Source: Chloroflexota bacterium
GTDB lineage: Bacteria > Chloroflexota > Limnocylindria > Limnocylindrales > CSP1-4
Direction of reading: 5' to 3'
Assembly (NCBI GenBank): GCA_005882635.1
Contig: VBFG01000040.1
Span: forward strand, 32,249 to 96,248
Length of the DNA stretch: 64,000 bases
The notes under the pieces are model-generated. The model worked only from the letters and a program-made list of their open reading frames with translations, was not told the DNA's origin and ran no database searches. Made by a program: the position numbers and the translations under genes. Positions within the stretch are counted from its first letter, which is position 1. Each line of letters starts with the position of its first letter. Below, in pieces: positions 63,819 through 64,000 of this stretch.

Positions 63819-64000
63819 CGGCGCGCCGTCATCCGGCGCTGTCTAGCCCTCGGGTAGGACGTCGGGTGCCGGAATGGGCCCGGTCGCACGAGCCGACGAT
63901 GCGCGCGACCGCGCCGTCGTCCGATCCGTGCCGGTTCGCCGTTCTATCTCGCCGAATCCCGGCGCGTCGCCGCCACGAGCGAGCCGGCTGGCATCGTCCC

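Noticed and set aside
63842-63999. Open minus-strand frame from the window edge to TAG at 63842 (…ARATGPIPAPDVLPEG-stop); possibly the C-terminus of a gene lying mostly outside the window.
   Set aside because: Only about 52 low-complexity codons are visible, with no motif and an ambiguous GC3 signal. It cannot be supported from this window.
1-64000. Scan for CRISPR arrays, transposases/IS elements, integrases, toxin-antitoxin pairs or known defence-system genes (nucleases, helicases, STAND/AAA ATPases, reverse transcriptases).
   Set aside because: None were recognised on either strand. The only repeats are the short tandem duplications and the tRNA fragment reported above. RadC and the cupin are in a conserved housekeeping context next to mreB.

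Overview
High-GC (about 70%), gene-dense bacterial chromosome, probably a monoderm Chloroflexota or Actinomycetota lineage; I cannot assign taxonomy from sequence alone. Most genes between 12.6 and 61.9 kb are on the minus strand, and many are joined by 4-nt GTGA/ATGA stop-start overlaps. Layout: (1) 0-6.5 kb holds a partial F420/LLM oxidoreductase, a GH63-like glucosidase, an MFS(DHA2)-TetR efflux operon and a DinB-like gene. (2) 6.7-10.1 kb holds an intact tRNA-Pro(UGG) and a 41-nt direct copy of its 5' half. These bracket a visibly lower-GC 3.3-kb insert with an orphan secreted protein and a GlsB/YeaQ-type membrane protein, but no integrase. (3) 10-17.8 kb is housekeeping: LCP ligase, LOG, rdgB, rph, mazG, parvulin PPIase. 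(4) 17.9-58.3 kb is a very large envelope-glycan locus. It contains a Wzm/Wzt ABC exporter, at least nine GT4/GT2 glycosyltransferases and three nucleotide-sugar pathways. These are a CDP-hexose operon with a C-methyltransferase and a CmcI-type methyltransferase, a complete WbpA/B/E/D/I-like UDP-ManNAc3NAcA set, and rmlABDC. The locus also has a Ppm1-like polyprenol-P-mannose synthase, a DUF3048 protein, and two large paralogous secreted proteins (GH18 head versus an unassigned His/Cys head) sharing FSPNGDG Ig-like tails. (5) 58.3-63.8 kb holds mreC, mreB, a cupin, radC and a CPBP protease. I found no CRISPR array, transposase, integrase or recognisable defence system. The best candidates for undescribed biology are the CDP-linked branched/methylated deoxyhexose pathway, the Wzt-coupled two-domain protein plus Fem-like GNAT, the duplicated GT4 pair module, the paired modular exoproteins, and the mreBC-rml operon fusion. 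All functional calls rest on motif recognition by eye. No database search was run.
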